A stretch of 64,000 nt of DNA from Parcubacteria group bacterium Gr01-1014_31 (lineage in GTDB: Bacteria > Patescibacteriota > Patescibacteriia > Buchananbacterales > GWA2-38-13). The stretch is from contig VMFR01000004.1 in NCBI GenBank assembly GCA_007376135.1, positions 21,745-85,744 of the forward strand, written 5' to 3'. The notes beneath the pieces were generated by a model. The model saw only the letters and a list, made by a program, of their open reading frames with translations, was not told the origin of the DNA and did no database searches. Below, piece by piece: positions 18,289-30,000 of the stretch. Every line of letters begins with the position of its first letter. Position 1 is the stretch's first letter. The position numbers and the translations under genes are program-made.

Positions 18289-20252
18289 ACGCTTTCACTC
18301 CGATTATCGGCAGCTTTCCGCGTCCCCGGAGCGCCGGTCTGCTCTTCCATCGACTGTGCAAAGTCCTTTTTCGCCTGCTCGATCTCCAACAACTGCCGCG
18401 GGTCCGACGTGATCAGCTGGTCTTCGGCGTACGACGCGACGACCTTGATGGCCGCGTGCTTGTCGCCGGCAAAGAAGATCCCCTCCCCGACGCCGCACTC
18501 CAGCAGCAGGTACTTTTCCCCGTCGGTCAGGACGAACGTTTTGGCGATGAGGTCGATGGATGCGGACGACTGACGCATCAACACCTGGATGGAACTGTTG
18601 GTGACGATCGCCGATCCATACGGCGAAAGCAGGAAATCATTGACGTCCTGGGTGATGGTGGTCACCCCCAGGTAGTACTTGCGGCAACGCTTCACGAGGG
18701 CATAGATGAACTTTGCCGAGTCCTCGTACTGCATCAGCCACCAGGCTTCATCGATGACCATGATGCGGCGCTTCAGCTCGGAGCGCACGACGTTCCAGAT
18801 ATAATTGATAATGGTGTAAATGGCGATCGGCCGCAGCTCGTCCTCCAAATCACGGACGGAAAAGACCACCAGCTGGTTATGGACGTCGATGTTGGTGGGA
18901 CTGTTGAACAAACCGGAGAACGTCCCCTGCGTGTACTTCTGTAACCGAATGACCAGGTCGCCGGACCCTTCCATGCCTTCGAGCACCTCCTGGAAGTCCT
19001 GCATGATCGGGGCCTCCACCGTGGCCAGGTCGGAATTGGCGGTGATGTCTTTCTTGGCGTAGGTTTCCAGCAGCGCGCGGTCAATGAGCGAGTCTTCCTG
19101 TGGAGAGAAGCCAAGCTTGCCCGAATCGCCGATCGGCTTGCCCAGCATGATGCGCAGCAGCCCCTTGAGCGTGATGACCGCGCCGCGGATGATGTCGCCG
19201 GCGCGCTGGTCGCCGACGGGCCGCGGCAGGTCGAACGGATTGAGTTTGCTCTCCGAAGACAGCGAAATATTGATGTACGTGCCGCCGACCGCGTCGCACA
19301 GATGCTGGTACTCGCGCTCGGGGTCGATGATGATGACGTCGGTTCCTAGCATCAGCGACCGCAGCACCTCCAGTTTAATAGTGTAGCTCTTACCGGCGCC
19401 GGAGGTCGCGAACACCACCATGTTGGCGTTCTGCAGGCTGAAACGGTCGAACAAGATCAAACTGTTGTTGTGGCGGTTGATGCCATACAGCACGCCATCG
19501 TCCGAGGTCAGTTCCGACGAAATGAACGGGAATGAGCTGGCGATCGGCGACGAATTCATGTTGAACGCGATCATCAGCATATCCTCGCCCAACGGCATCG
19601 TCGAGGTGAACCCCTGCTCGGCCTGATAGAGCACCTTGCGCGAGTACACCAGCTTGCTGCCGAACAGCGCCTCCACGTCGTCGGTCAGCCGCTCCAGCTT
19701 CTTACGGTCCTCGGCGTAGACCGTCACATACAGCCCGAACTGGAAAAAATGCTCGATCCCCTGGGTCAAATCGTCCCGCAGCTGCTCGATGTCGCGCAAG
19801 GCCGTTTCGCGAATGGGGTCGCGGGGAGCACCTTTCTCGCGGTCGGCCAGGATCTGTGCCTCAAGGTTGCCGACCCGCTTCTTTAGCTGCTTGAGGATGA
19901 CATCCGACCGCACGGGATAGAAGTACATCGAAATGTCCAACGGCAAATTGAGGTTGATGATAGGCGCGAACCACCCGACCGTAATGTACCTGGGGTACCC
20001 GATGACAAACAGCGTCCGCACGAACAGGTCGCCCAGCATCAGGAACGACGGCTTGACCTGGAAAGCCGCCGGCGCGATCAGATCCCGGATGGAAATAAGA
20101 CCTTCGCGGTAGATCCGCTCCTCCTCGAGGATGATCTTCTCCTCGGTGATCTGCCGCTGCTCCAGGCGCTTACGCTCCTCGGCCGACAGCGTCGGGGTCA
20201 AGGGCTTGGCCGCCTGTCTTTCCTCGCGTTCAATTTGCTGTGGTTTGAACAT
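18285..20252 (-). CDS. VirB4-like (TraC/TrsE, DUF87) secretion ATPase
   Basis: ATSGAGKS Walker A, IIDPEREY, VIDEAW Walker B, RKYYLG..TQ. Confidence 0.88.
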   Translation of the reverse strand: MFKPQQIEREERQAAKPLTPTLSAEERKRLEQRQITEEKIILEEERIYREGLISIRDLIAPAAFQVKPSFLMLGDLFVRTLFVIGYPRYITVGWFAPIINLNLPLDISMYFYPVRSDVILKQLKKRVGNLEAQILADREKGAPRDPIRETALRDIEQLRDDLTQGIEHFFQFGLYVTVYAEDRKKLERLTDDVEALFGSKLVYSRKVLYQAEQGFTSTMPLGEDMLMIAFNMNSSPIASSFPFISSELTSDDGVLYGINRHNNSLILFDRFSLQNANMVVFATSGAGKSYTIKLEVLRSLMLGTDVIIIDPEREYQHLCDAVGGTYINISLSSESKLNPFDLPRPVGDQRAGDIIRGAVITLKGLLRIMLGKPIGDSGKLGFSPQEDSLIDRALLETYAKKDITANSDLATVEAPIMQDFQEVLEGMEGSGDLVIRLQKYTQGTFSGLFNSPTNIDVHNQLVVFSVRDLEDELRPIAIYTIINYIWNVVRSELKRRIMVIDEAWWLMQYEDSAKFIYALVKRCRKYYLGVTTITQDVNDFLLSPYGSAIVTNSSIQVLMRQSSASIDLIAKTFVLTDGEKYLLLECGVGEGIFFAGDKHAAIKVVASYAEDQLITSDPRQLLEIEQAKKDFAQSMEEQTGAPGTRKAADNRSESV

Positions 20253-20267
20253 TGATGTTTGGGGCTA

Positions 20268-20335
20268 GTACCCGGTGCTCTGTGCCCAGTGCTCCGTGCG
20301 TATCGTCACCGTCGTAACTATACTGAGCACATGCG
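20268..20335. repeat. 7-mer array (GTGCTCY-like)
   Basis: GTACCCG GTGCTCT GTGCCCA GTGCTCC GTGCGTA ... TGAGCAC. Confidence 0.65.
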
Positions 20336-21058
20336 CTAGGGCTCGACCTGCAGTTGGTTAAGATCGGCGAGCTTCTGCCGTTCGGACGCCCCGGGGTTAT
20401 AGGTATTGTAATACAGTTCGATCAACCCCTGGGTGTCCAAGAGTGCTGCTTTCAACCCGATACTGCCCAACGACGCCACAACATGGTCAACCCGCTGCAT
20501 CAGATCACGCCGACGCTGCAAGAACCGTTCGCGCGACAGCCGTACTGACCCCGCCGCCTTGAAGACCTCGAGCAGACGCTTGAACCACCCCTTCTGCTTG
20601 TCCGACAGGGGATTATGCGGCACCACGACATAGAAACGCTTGGTCATGATCTCACCCAGCTCCACCAGCTCGGTGACGTAGTTGCGGTACTCGGCGATCT
20701 GGAGTTTCAGCAACTCATTGGTCTGCTCCTTTTCTTTCTGCTCCAAGCGCGTCAGATATCCGCTGATGTTAAGCTTGCGCGACTGAATGAGAATCTGGAG
20801 GGGAAAATCGATGGCATTCAGAAAATTCACGTAGGCCGCAATGATCGCATTTTGCTCTTCCTCCGACTTGAGCGAAAAATTGATGCTCGACACCAACAGC
20901 ACCGCCCGTAAGGTCCCGTCCTTGAGCACGACGCAATCCTCCTTGACCTCGGCGATCGGCAGATGCCGCTGCGTCGACGGCGTTTTCGCCGCCGGACGAG
21001 CCGGCAATCCGGTGGAAGCGGCGTCCTTTGCCCCTGCGGTCTTCTTGGCTTTTGCCAT
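20336..21058 (-). CDS. T4SS-associated protein resembling the VirB4/TraE N-terminal region
   Basis: VSSINFSLKSEEEQNAII..FLNAIDFPLQILIQSR..KRFYVVVP; lies between prgI and the VirB4-like gene. Confidence 0.7.
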   Translation of the reverse strand: MAKAKKTAGAKDAASTGLPARPAAKTPSTQRHLPIAEVKEDCVVLKDGTLRAVLLVSSINFSLKSEEEQNAIIAAYVNFLNAIDFPLQILIQSRKLNISGYLTRLEQKEKEQTNELLKLQIAEYRNYVTELVELGEIMTKRFYVVVPHNPLSDKQKGWFKRLLEVFKAAGSVRLSRERFLQRRRDLMQRVDHVVASLGSIGLKAALLDTQGLIELYYNTYNPGASERQKLADLNQLQVEP

Positions 21059-21071
21059 ACTGTTGTGCAGC

Positions 21072-21509
21072 TCAGTCCTGGGCCGTTTCGCCCTCGTAAA
21101 CGCCGCCGGTATCCACGATCAGGGATAATTCCACCAGCCGCGAACTACCCACGAGCGGTTTATGACGGGGCGGTACGATCGGCTTGGTCGTTATTTCCTT
21201 CATCGCCAGCTGGAGCTCGGCCAGCGTCAATCGTTTGTCCCAGAGGGTCAGGCGCGGCCGCTTTATGGTTTGGATGAAATTGAGGATAAAATAATGGACC
21301 GGGCGACCGTTGATCTTGATGAACGCGAACACAATGGTAAACACCGCGATTACCAGTAACCAGAGCAGGAACAAAGTGAAATCGGAAACCTTATACGCCA
21401 GGAACACCAGCCCGCCGGACACCAGTAAAATAATGAACTGGCGCACCGTGATGGGACCGATGACCTTGTCCTCCACGTCGAGGAATTGCGGAACCACGAA
21501 CTGCTGCAT
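21072..21509 (-). CDS. prgI: PrgI family protein (VirB3-like)
   Basis: FVVPQFLDVEDKVIGPITVRQF, two TMs, KINGRP. Confidence 0.85.
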   Translation of the reverse strand: MQQFVVPQFLDVEDKVIGPITVRQFIILLVSGGLVFLAYKVSDFTLFLLWLLVIAVFTIVFAFIKINGRPVHYFILNFIQTIKRPRLTLWDKRLTLAELQLAMKEITTKPIVPPRHKPLVGSSRLVELSLIVDTGGVYEGETAQD

Positions 21510-21512
21510 TAC

Positions 21513-21616
21513 CGTAGTGCTAGGTACTACGTACTATGTGCAAAGTACTTTTCGTGCGCGGATGAACAACTGCCGACCGAACGCACATAGAACTTAGCAC
21601 TTAGAACGTAATACTA
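21513..21616. repeat. Head-to-head 7-mer arrays (TANGTRC / GMACNTA)
   Basis: TAGGTAC TACGTAC TATGTGC AAAGTAC ... GCACATA GAACTTA GCACTTA GAACGTA. Confidence 0.8.
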
Positions 21617-22792
21617 AAACCTCAACGTCCGATTAAAATCCGCAACGGCCTCGAACTCGGCAATGCTCAGCACCGGCGTTCCGGGGGTCGCCTGCGCACC
21701 CAGCATCTCGCTGATCGGCCGCTTCTCCGCCATCGCACGACCGGCCGTCGCCGTGTACAGGTTGAATACTTCGCAGGACCGCCAGGCCGCGATTGCTGCC
21801 GCTTTCTGGGCAAAGGACTGCTGCTCAAGCAGAGCGATCTTTTCGCGTAAGTGTTCCGTGGCGCGGCGCGGATCGGCATCCAAGCGGCGGAAGTCCTGCA
21901 GGGTCATCTGACCGATCTCTTCCAGGGGACCGACCAACTGCGGCCGGTACCGCACTTCCGGCACTTGCTCTGCCGCGGGTTCGGCGGCAGGCGCGGGCGG
22001 TTCCGCCAGTCGCGGTAAAGGAGGCAACATTGCCGGCGGCGCGATGGGTAAAACTGCGGGCTCAGGCTGCAGGGACCTCGTCGGCACCAATAACGACGGC
22101 AACTCTGGCGGTAGCGCGGACGGACCCGGCGGAACGGCGACGGACGGACGGCTGATCAACGATGGACGCTTGGGCGGGGGCGGTGGTACCGTCATCCGGG
22201 CGGGAGCGGCGGGCGGGAGCGGCTGCAAGGACATGCGCCGCGGCGGCGCGATCGGCGCGGTTGAGATGGGGATGGAGGGCCCTTGCGGTATGACCCCGCT
22301 GACGTTGGCCTGCAACTGGGCGACGGCCTGGTCCTGCTGCTGACGGCTGCCCTCGCTGAACTGGCGGTAGTATTTTTCAATGACCGCAGAGGCTGTTTCC
22401 GCCTGCTCGGCAGCGAACCCCAACCCGCCGACCTTCACCGGTCGGGCCATCGCTTCGCGAGTTTCAATGGCATCCCGAATGTCTTTGAACCGCGCCAAAA
22501 CCTGGGTGCGCAGCCGTTTCTGCAATATTGGGTCGGGCAATGGCAGCGCCAATTCTTTAATGACCTGGCCAACGAACGATTCCACTGGGGATGGTTGAGG
22601 GGAAAGCGGCACGGGAGGGGATGCGAGAACCGATGGCGCGGCCGTCGGCTGCGCGGCACTGCGCCACGGCTCTACGATGCCGCCGCGCAACACCTTCAGC
22701 TGCCCATCAGCATCCTTGAAGAGTACCTCCTCGCTGCCGGTGAACGGGTTGTATACAGCCTCAGGCATGAATAGAAGGTTTACGGCAACCAC
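21614..22792 (-). CDS. Hypothetical Pro-rich protein of the T4SS-like cluster
   Basis: 392 aa; globular-looking ends (RFKDIRD; LVGPLEE..DFRRL) around a Pro-rich linker. Confidence 0.7.
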   Translation of the reverse strand: MVAVNLLFMPEAVYNPFTGSEEVLFKDADGQLKVLRGGIVEPWRSAAQPTAAPSVLASPPVPLSPQPSPVESFVGQVIKELALPLPDPILQKRLRTQVLARFKDIRDAIETREAMARPVKVGGLGFAAEQAETASAVIEKYYRQFSEGSRQQQDQAVAQLQANVSGVIPQGPSIPISTAPIAPPRRMSLQPLPPAAPARMTVPPPPPKRPSLISRPSVAVPPGPSALPPELPSLLVPTRSLQPEPAVLPIAPPAMLPPLPRLAEPPAPAAEPAAEQVPEVRYRPQLVGPLEEIGQMTLQDFRRLDADPRRATEHLREKIALLEQQSFAQKAAAIAAWRSCEVFNLYTATAGRAMAEKRPISEMLGAQATPGTPVLSIAEFEAVADFNRTLRF

Positions 22793-24072
22793 TTGAAAGT
22801 CTTTTCCCGCACATCAAAGTACGCCAACTTTTCATACTGATGCCGCCCGCGCTGCTTGAAGATGTTGGACAGCTGCGCTCCGACACGAGCGGCGTCATGC
22901 TCGGGCACATCCAAACGCTCCTGTAGAACGTATTGTATAAACAACTGCACCGACTGTCTACTTAACGGCTGCTGCGCAAGGGTATCCGCCGCCGCCTGGC
23001 CGTACAACGATGGCCACACGGACAGCAAATGCTGCCGCAAAGCCTGATCCTCGGCCAGCATTCGCTCCAACTGGTCGGCCTGCGCCAATAAACGCAGCGC
23101 CGCCACCGCGCGAGGCACATTCCGCGACTGTACCGCCGCGAAGAATTCGGCGGCCAATTTTTTTGGGTCATCACCGACCTTGGCCCGGATACCGGACGCC
23201 GCTTCGGTGACTGCCCGCTGGTCGGCGTCGCCGCCGCGGTAGGCGGCCACGATATGTCCCAAAGCGGGGGCCGTCACCGTTGCAGCGGCAGGCTCCGTTA
23301 TCGCTCTGCCGCCGACGCGCTCCACTACTGGCTCCAGTGCGGCGCGCTCTTCCACGATAGGCGCCTTATGCGGAAAGCGCAGCAGATCGTAGGTCTCCAA
23401 AAGCTTCGTCAAGATCTCTCGGTCGGCATTATTCAACCGTTTCACGTTGGCATCGCGCTGCAAAAAATGGGCTCGCTCCACCGGTCCGCGTTCCTGGTTC
23501 AACGGGAACGAACCGTTGTAGACCCGCAGCCAGTTCTGTACCGTCGGGTCTATGCGTTCCGGACTCTCCGGCACGGTCAGGGGCGTTTCACCGATCGTTT
23601 CCGCATTCAATCCGATCACCCGGAGAATGATATTGCTCACGTTCACCGCCAGGTCGGGCTCGCCATAGCTGATGAGCGCCGCCTGCATCCCTGAGGCCAG
23701 GTCCAACCCTGCCCGCAACGCCATCACGGTGCTGGACTGGAATACCTCCTCGACGTCGCGAACCCGCAGTACGGCGACACCGGCCACCTTCAGGAGCGCG
23801 ATGATCTGCTGCAGGCGCTCTTCATCGGTTACATCCAGGAGCGTCCGGTCCGAGGACGGGGAAAGCAGACCCTGCAACCGATGCGCCAACTGTAACGCCA
23901 ACCCCCATTCATGTGCTGCGTCCAGGTAAAGTAGGGTGGCATACAGGCGGTCGAAGGCCTTGGGCTGTTTCACCCAGCGCACGTCGACAAATCCGAACTC
24001 TTCCTCGGTCAAACCCTGATCGAGGTCCGGCTTCCGGTTCGCCAAAAAATGGTAACTCAATCGCTCGGCCAT
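22780..24072 (-). CDS. Hypothetical protein
   Basis: ORF-track 22780..24165; the ATG at 24072 (MAERL) avoids overlap with the upstream giant gene. Confidence 0.7.
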   Translation of the reverse strand: MAERLSYHFLANRKPDLDQGLTEEEFGFVDVRWVKQPKAFDRLYATLLYLDAAHEWGLALQLAHRLQGLLSPSSDRTLLDVTDEERLQQIIALLKVAGVAVLRVRDVEEVFQSSTVMALRAGLDLASGMQAALISYGEPDLAVNVSNIILRVIGLNAETIGETPLTVPESPERIDPTVQNWLRVYNGSFPLNQERGPVERAHFLQRDANVKRLNNADREILTKLLETYDLLRFPHKAPIVEERAALEPVVERVGGRAITEPAAATVTAPALGHIVAAYRGGDADQRAVTEAASGIRAKVGDDPKKLAAEFFAAVQSRNVPRAVAALRLLAQADQLERMLAEDQALRQHLLSVWPSLYGQAAADTLAQQPLSRQSVQLFIQYVLQERLDVPEHDAARVGAQLSNIFKQRGRHQYEKLAYFDVREKTFKWLP

Positions 24073-24076
24073 AAAA

Positions 24077-27000
24077 TTAAATGGTGGGCCGGCTTTTCGG
24101 CGGTTCACCGGGTAATGATTCCGGCGGGATCGAAGGGATCTCCGAGGCGCCAGCCGACCCTTCATTACGCTGTGCCATCTCCTGCAGAGACCTATTGATC
24201 TGGAAGAGAATATCTGCGAGTTCGTCGGCTTGTTCCTGGGTCACCCCCGTCCCCATTGCCGCCGCTGACTCGAAATCTTGGACGCGACCCATCCCTTCCC
24301 GCAGATTCTTGCTCAGGGTATCGAACTTCTTCGCCGCATCTTTTTCGTCCTTACCGGCGCTCTCGCTGGCCCCCTCCTGCACCGCCTGCAGCGATTGGAT
24401 CCCATTGGCGACCTCCTGTAAACCGGTAGCCATCGACTTCAGCGTCGTCTCCAACGATTTAACATCAACTGACGGTAACTGCTTTGCCGCCCGCGTCTGG
24501 GTATCGACTTCCTCCACCACCGCCTGCACCGCAGCGGTACGCTGCCCGGTCGGCGAACCTGCGGGTGCCGCCGATCGCGTTTCTCCCGCTGCCGCGAAAC
24601 CGGCCGACGACTCGCGGGATGTAGGCGAAGGGGCTGCCGCAGCGGATGGCGCAGGTTTGGCTTTCGGCGGCGGAACGGCCCGCACCGACGGCGGCGCAAT
24701 GCCCTCGGCCGCAGCCTCGGCTGCGCGGCCGACATTTTCTTCTGCCGCGGTGGCGATATTCTCGGCCTGCTCAACCAGATCCATAAGACCCGCAGAGAAA
24801 CCCTGGATCTCTCCCATGCGCTGTTCGATCTGCTCCATCTCTCCGCTCTGTTCGGCGATCGCTTGCTGCGCCTTACGCAGTGCGGCGACATTACCCGTTG
24901 ACTGGGCCCGCTGCGCCGCAGCACTCTGCTGCTGCAAGGCAGCCCCTACCGCGAGACGGCGCTTGTCCAGATGCTCATACTCCTTGCTCATGGCCGGGAG
25001 CTCCTGCTCCCCCATCGTCTTTGCTTCCCCGAGCCGCCGCCGAGCGATCGCCAACTCCTCCTGTGCGAGAACAAGATCACTTACGTCAGCAGCGTTCTTT
25101 AATACCAAATCATCCCATTCGCCGATCTCTTTATCGACGCCTTTGATCTGACTGCCCACCGCGTTGAAACGGTCTTGTGCGGTTTTCACGGCGTCATTGG
25201 CGCGCTTGCGTTCCGCACCCGGCGCGGCCTTGGCCTGGCGCGCTTGCTGCTTTTGCAGGTCTTTCTCTGCGGCTTGATGCTGTTGGACCAATCCCGACCG
25301 TTTCTCAGTGAGCTCACGATAGTTGAAATCGCGCTTTGTTTTTGCGGTCGAGAGTTCCTGACCCGCTTCTTTCAGGCCGCTGCCCCTTGCCTTGGGAGCG
25401 AGGCCCAAACGGCGGCGCTTCACGGTGTAATCAAGCTGGTCCCGAATGATCTGTGCTCGCTGGGCGCGGTCGTGGGCTGCCCGGGCCCCGGCATCATCCC
25501 CCTGGGTTGCCTTTTCCTCCGCTTCCTTATTGTTCGCTTCCAATTCGGATTGGGCATTGCTTAATTGCTGGGCGAGCTCGTCCTTGCTCAAAGTACCCGC
25601 GGCGTCACGGACCGCGGCAGCGAACGTTTCCAGGGATTGCACAGATTCCTCAACCCGGCGCCGGTAATCGGCTTGAACGCCATCAAACGCCTGGGAATCC
25701 TTCGCGACAACGCCTTGTTGTTCGGTAACGGCGTCGGCGGCGGCGACAACCTCCTGCTGCTTGACCCGCGCGAGCGTTTGGGCTTCTTCCTGGGCCTGAT
25801 AATTCCCCTCTTCGGCGGCCTTGCGGGCCTGCGCGTTCAATTCCGCGAGTTCAACCTGCCGTTGGTCGCGCACCTTAACGCGATTCCCCAATTCCAGTTG
25901 GCTGGCCTGTAATGCTTGCTCCTTGGCCCCGATCTCCTGCTTGGCGCCAACCACTTCCTCGCGGTTTCCCTGGCGCGCCGCCAAAAACTTCTCTTCCACG
26001 GCAGTCAGCGCCTGCTGGCCCTTACTGACCGGTACGGGCTTGGGTTGCTGCGCCTGCACCGCGCGCTCCTTGGCCTGCACCTCCTGCTGCTGTTTTGCGA
26101 TGCGCTGTTGTGCGGCACGCAAATCCCGTTCCGCGGCCTGGGCCAGGCGCTCCTGCCTCCCGGCTTCTTCCTGGTTGCCTTGGTCTGCGGCCCGCTTCCT
26201 CAATCGGTGATGCACCTGGGCGCGACGGGCAAGCTCATCGTGATTCTGTTCCAATTCCGCCAATTTGCCGCGGCTTCCCGATAGCTCCTGCTGCGCGCGC
26301 GCCGCTACATTCTCAGGCTTTGCCGCCTCACGACGTTCTTGGGTGTATCGAACGCGCTCCTGCAGCGTCGTCAAGAGTTCAGGGAAAGCCTGGTCGGCCT
26401 GCCGCGCGTTGTCCAGCGCCTCTTCCTTGCCCGCCACGTCGCGACGCTTGGTGCTGATTTGCTGGTCAAGTTGCGCCAGCTGCTGAGCGGACTGGTCGGC
26501 CTGCTGGCGCGCTGCCGCGATCTCCTGGGGCGTCAGACCAATACCTGCCTGCTGCACCGCCGCCTGGTTGATCTGCACCGCCTCGCCCAACGCCTGCTGG
26601 TCAGCACGATGCTGTACGAGCGTACGCCTGGACTCCTGCAGGCGAAGGTACTCGGCGTCGTAGGCCTGACGCTTTACGCCAACGTCCTGGCGCGCCCTTC
26701 CATGATGTTCGACAGCCGCCGCAACGCGCGTTTCCTGTGCGGCCTTGGCGGCGTTCTGCGCGTCGATCTGCTCGTTCAGCTGCGCCAACGGTGCGGCGAT
26801 CTTTTCCTCGGCGGTGGCGGCCAGCGCCTGCTCACGGGTCGCTTCCTCAAGCGCCTGCTGTTCGGCCAAAGCATTACCACTCGCCCTCGCGGCGTTCAAA
26901 CGCTGGCTCGCAGCGTTCTGGTTGGTGAGATGTTGGTCGCGTTCACGAGTCAAGACATCGCGATTTCCCATCAACGTCGTCAACTGGGTTTGTATCGCCT

Positions 27001-30000
27001 GCAAAGCTGATCCCTCTTGTCCCACTGCTGCGGCCGCTGCGGGCAGCTCCACCTTAGCGTTCTGCAGCTCAATGCGGGCATGCTCAACATTTTCCTCCTG
27101 GGTCTGCACCACCTGCTCCTGTTCGTTGACGCGTTGATTGGCCGCGCCCAACTGCCCCGCGCTGCGGTCATAGGCCTCTTGAGCGGCGTTCACATCGCGC
27201 GCCTCCGCATACCGGGCAGCCTGCTGGCGCACGAGCGTCGAGGATTTCAGCTTACTGCGGTCGGCCTCCAGCGCTGCCAGCTCCCCGCGCTCTCCCTCGA
27301 GCGCCGCTTGCGCCCCCTCGGTCGCCGACCCCCACTGCGGACTGACCTCGGCCAAAACTTTTTCAGCGATATCATCCAGCTCCGCATCCGGCAGCTGGTC
27401 GAGCGATTTTTGCAATGCCGCAATGAACGCCTGACTGTTGGGCCCCGCACTCGCGGCTGCCCTCTGGCGCAACGCCTCGGCTTGCCGCAGAGCCTCCTGG
27501 CGCTGGTCCACCACGCCCCGCTGGTCTGCGACCTGTTTGTTGAGGGCGTCCAACTGCGGCTGCACCTTGGCCTGGGAATCGCGCGCCAGATCGCGTTCCT
27601 TGATGGCTTCCCGGTCATTCACGGTAAAACCCAATTGGTCGCCGCGCGCTTTTGCCTGCTCCGCCCGCTGGCGCGCCGCCTGGCCTTTGGCGATATGTGC
27701 ATCCGTTTCCCCAAGCAACTCGCCGCGCTGGCCTTCCAGCTGATCGAGTTTTTGCTGTTCCGCGGTCAGCGCGGTATTTGCCTGCCGCACCTGCGCTTCG
27801 GCCCGGGTGGACTCCTGGGCGCGCGAACCTTGCTGGCCCGCTGCGCCCGTCAAAAGTTTTCCGATCTGTACATCCGGCTTTTGCTGCCGTCGGCGATGAA
27901 TTTCTACGATCTCCTCGTCGGTGATGGCGCGCTCCGACTTCTCCTGCGGCGGCAGCGTTTCATCGGGCTTGAGCGTGCGACCGCGGTAGCGGGCACCCTT
28001 TGCTTTATTGCCGGCCTTATCGGTCACCTCCAGTTCATCCAGGAACTTCCGCGTCTGCTCGGACAACGTGTGGGCGTTATCGTTCACGCCCAACGAGTGC
28101 GCCAGATATTCTTCCGGCGTTTCCTGGTCGAACAGTTGCTGCTGCTCCTCGGACAACGTGCCTCGGAACGCCTGACGCTGCTCGTCGTTCAGCTGATTGG
28201 CAAGAGTATGACCGTACTCGTGGCGACGGGCGGTGAAGCGGCTACCGAACGCGGCGTTGTTATGCAGGGACAGCGTTGAAGCGGTATCCAACCGTTTTTT
28301 GAATTCTGCCTCGCGCTGCTGGGCGCTGACCTCTCCGGCCGCCAGTGAGGAAACGTCCTTATCCTGGGACATCTGCCGCAGCGCCTCACCCTGCTGATTC
28401 TCCGCTATCGCGGCATCCTTGTAGCGATAGCCGGAAACGGCACCCGACGCATCGCGGAGCTCCTCAACGCGGCCAGCGGCATTGCCCTCCTTGAACTCCG
28501 CCGCTGCCCATTGCCCGACCACGCGGTCAGCGTACTGCTTGTCCGCGTCGGCTGGTTTCAATGTTTGATACTTCGCAGCATAGGCATCGTGCAATTCTTC
28601 ATTCGTCACAGCGTGGGGCTGCTTACCCAACCGTTGCGCGGTTTCCTGACGGAAGGCAACCCCTCTGCCAACCAGCTCTTTCCTGTAATCCTCCGCCAAA
28701 TTCTTGGCGACGATATCCTTGTTCAATTTCCGCTCCGCGGTTGACTCATCGTAGTTGACGGCGGTCATCCCCGGAACGACGCCATACCGCTGACCGGCTT
28801 CGGCGGACTCGAAGTTCACGCCGATACCGGCCACCGCCCTGCGTCCATATTCTGCCAATGGGCCTTCGGCGTAGCCCTCGGCTGGCCGCCGCTCGATGGA
28901 GGCAACACCCCGCATCGCATCAAGGCTCTCGCTCCGCTTTTCTTCCACCTGCTCATGGCGGACGATCGCCGACGCCGCATACAGCGTCCCGGCGCGAATC
29001 TCTTCCTGGTGCAGGCGTCCATACGCTTCATTGGCCTCGGGCTCCGACATCCCGGCGGCAATCAGCCGCTGATACGCTTCCTGCGAAGCGGCCTGGACCT
29101 CGGGGCTGTAGGTTTCCATCAACGGCCGTCCACCCTTCGGGGCGTACCCATCATGCAGCCGCCATTCTTCGGGGACCTCCTCATCTTGCAGCGCCGCAGG
29201 TTTTCCGTTGATATCGGTCGCCCCTGGTATACCATGTTGCAAATATTCCAGCCATTTAGCGGCGGTTCGGCTTTTGACGTAGGTTTCCAACTCGGGCGAG
29301 AGCGGCCCCGTACGAGCGGCGGCATAACTTGTAGGTTCGTAGGTCTTTCCTGATTTTGTAAACTGCTCCTCTGTATACTTATCTAATTCAATCCCAGGGG
29401 TGCCATCGTAGTTTTTCACCCCAGCCAAATTCATGATCCTTTCAACCGCTACCGCCTGCTGAGAGGAGATATTCTTCTGCCCAAAAAGGTTGGCTACCCC
29501 ATGGTGGCCCTTCGCCTTCAGCTGGTCGTAGACCGACCTGATATCCAGTGCCATGGAACCGGTTTTTTGGTCAAAACGGAAGCCGGCGAATTCCGCGGCG
29601 CGGGGCTGCAGGCCATGGCCGCGTTGCGCCACCACGCGACCGAAAAAGACGGTATCGAACTTCGCCGACGCGATCTTACCCAAGCGGTCCATCCGGCCCA
29701 TGCGAGAATGGACGACCTTTCCGCCCGACAGCACGTCTTCAAACGGCTGCGCGGTGGGATGGAATTTGAAAAAGGCTTTGCCTTCAGTCTTGGCAACAAA
29801 ATTTTCCATTTTTCCGCGGCCGATGATCGTACCGAACTCTTCGCCGAACTTCTCCTCGAGTTTCCGCAATACATTCGCGCGGATATTCGGGTTGTTATGG
29901 ATGGTCGGAGCCGCTTTGTGCTCCGCCGCCAGCTCTTCCCGGGCGCTGTCTTCAGACACCAGGACGTTTTCCACGTCCCCGGTGGGGCGCCCCTTGCTGT

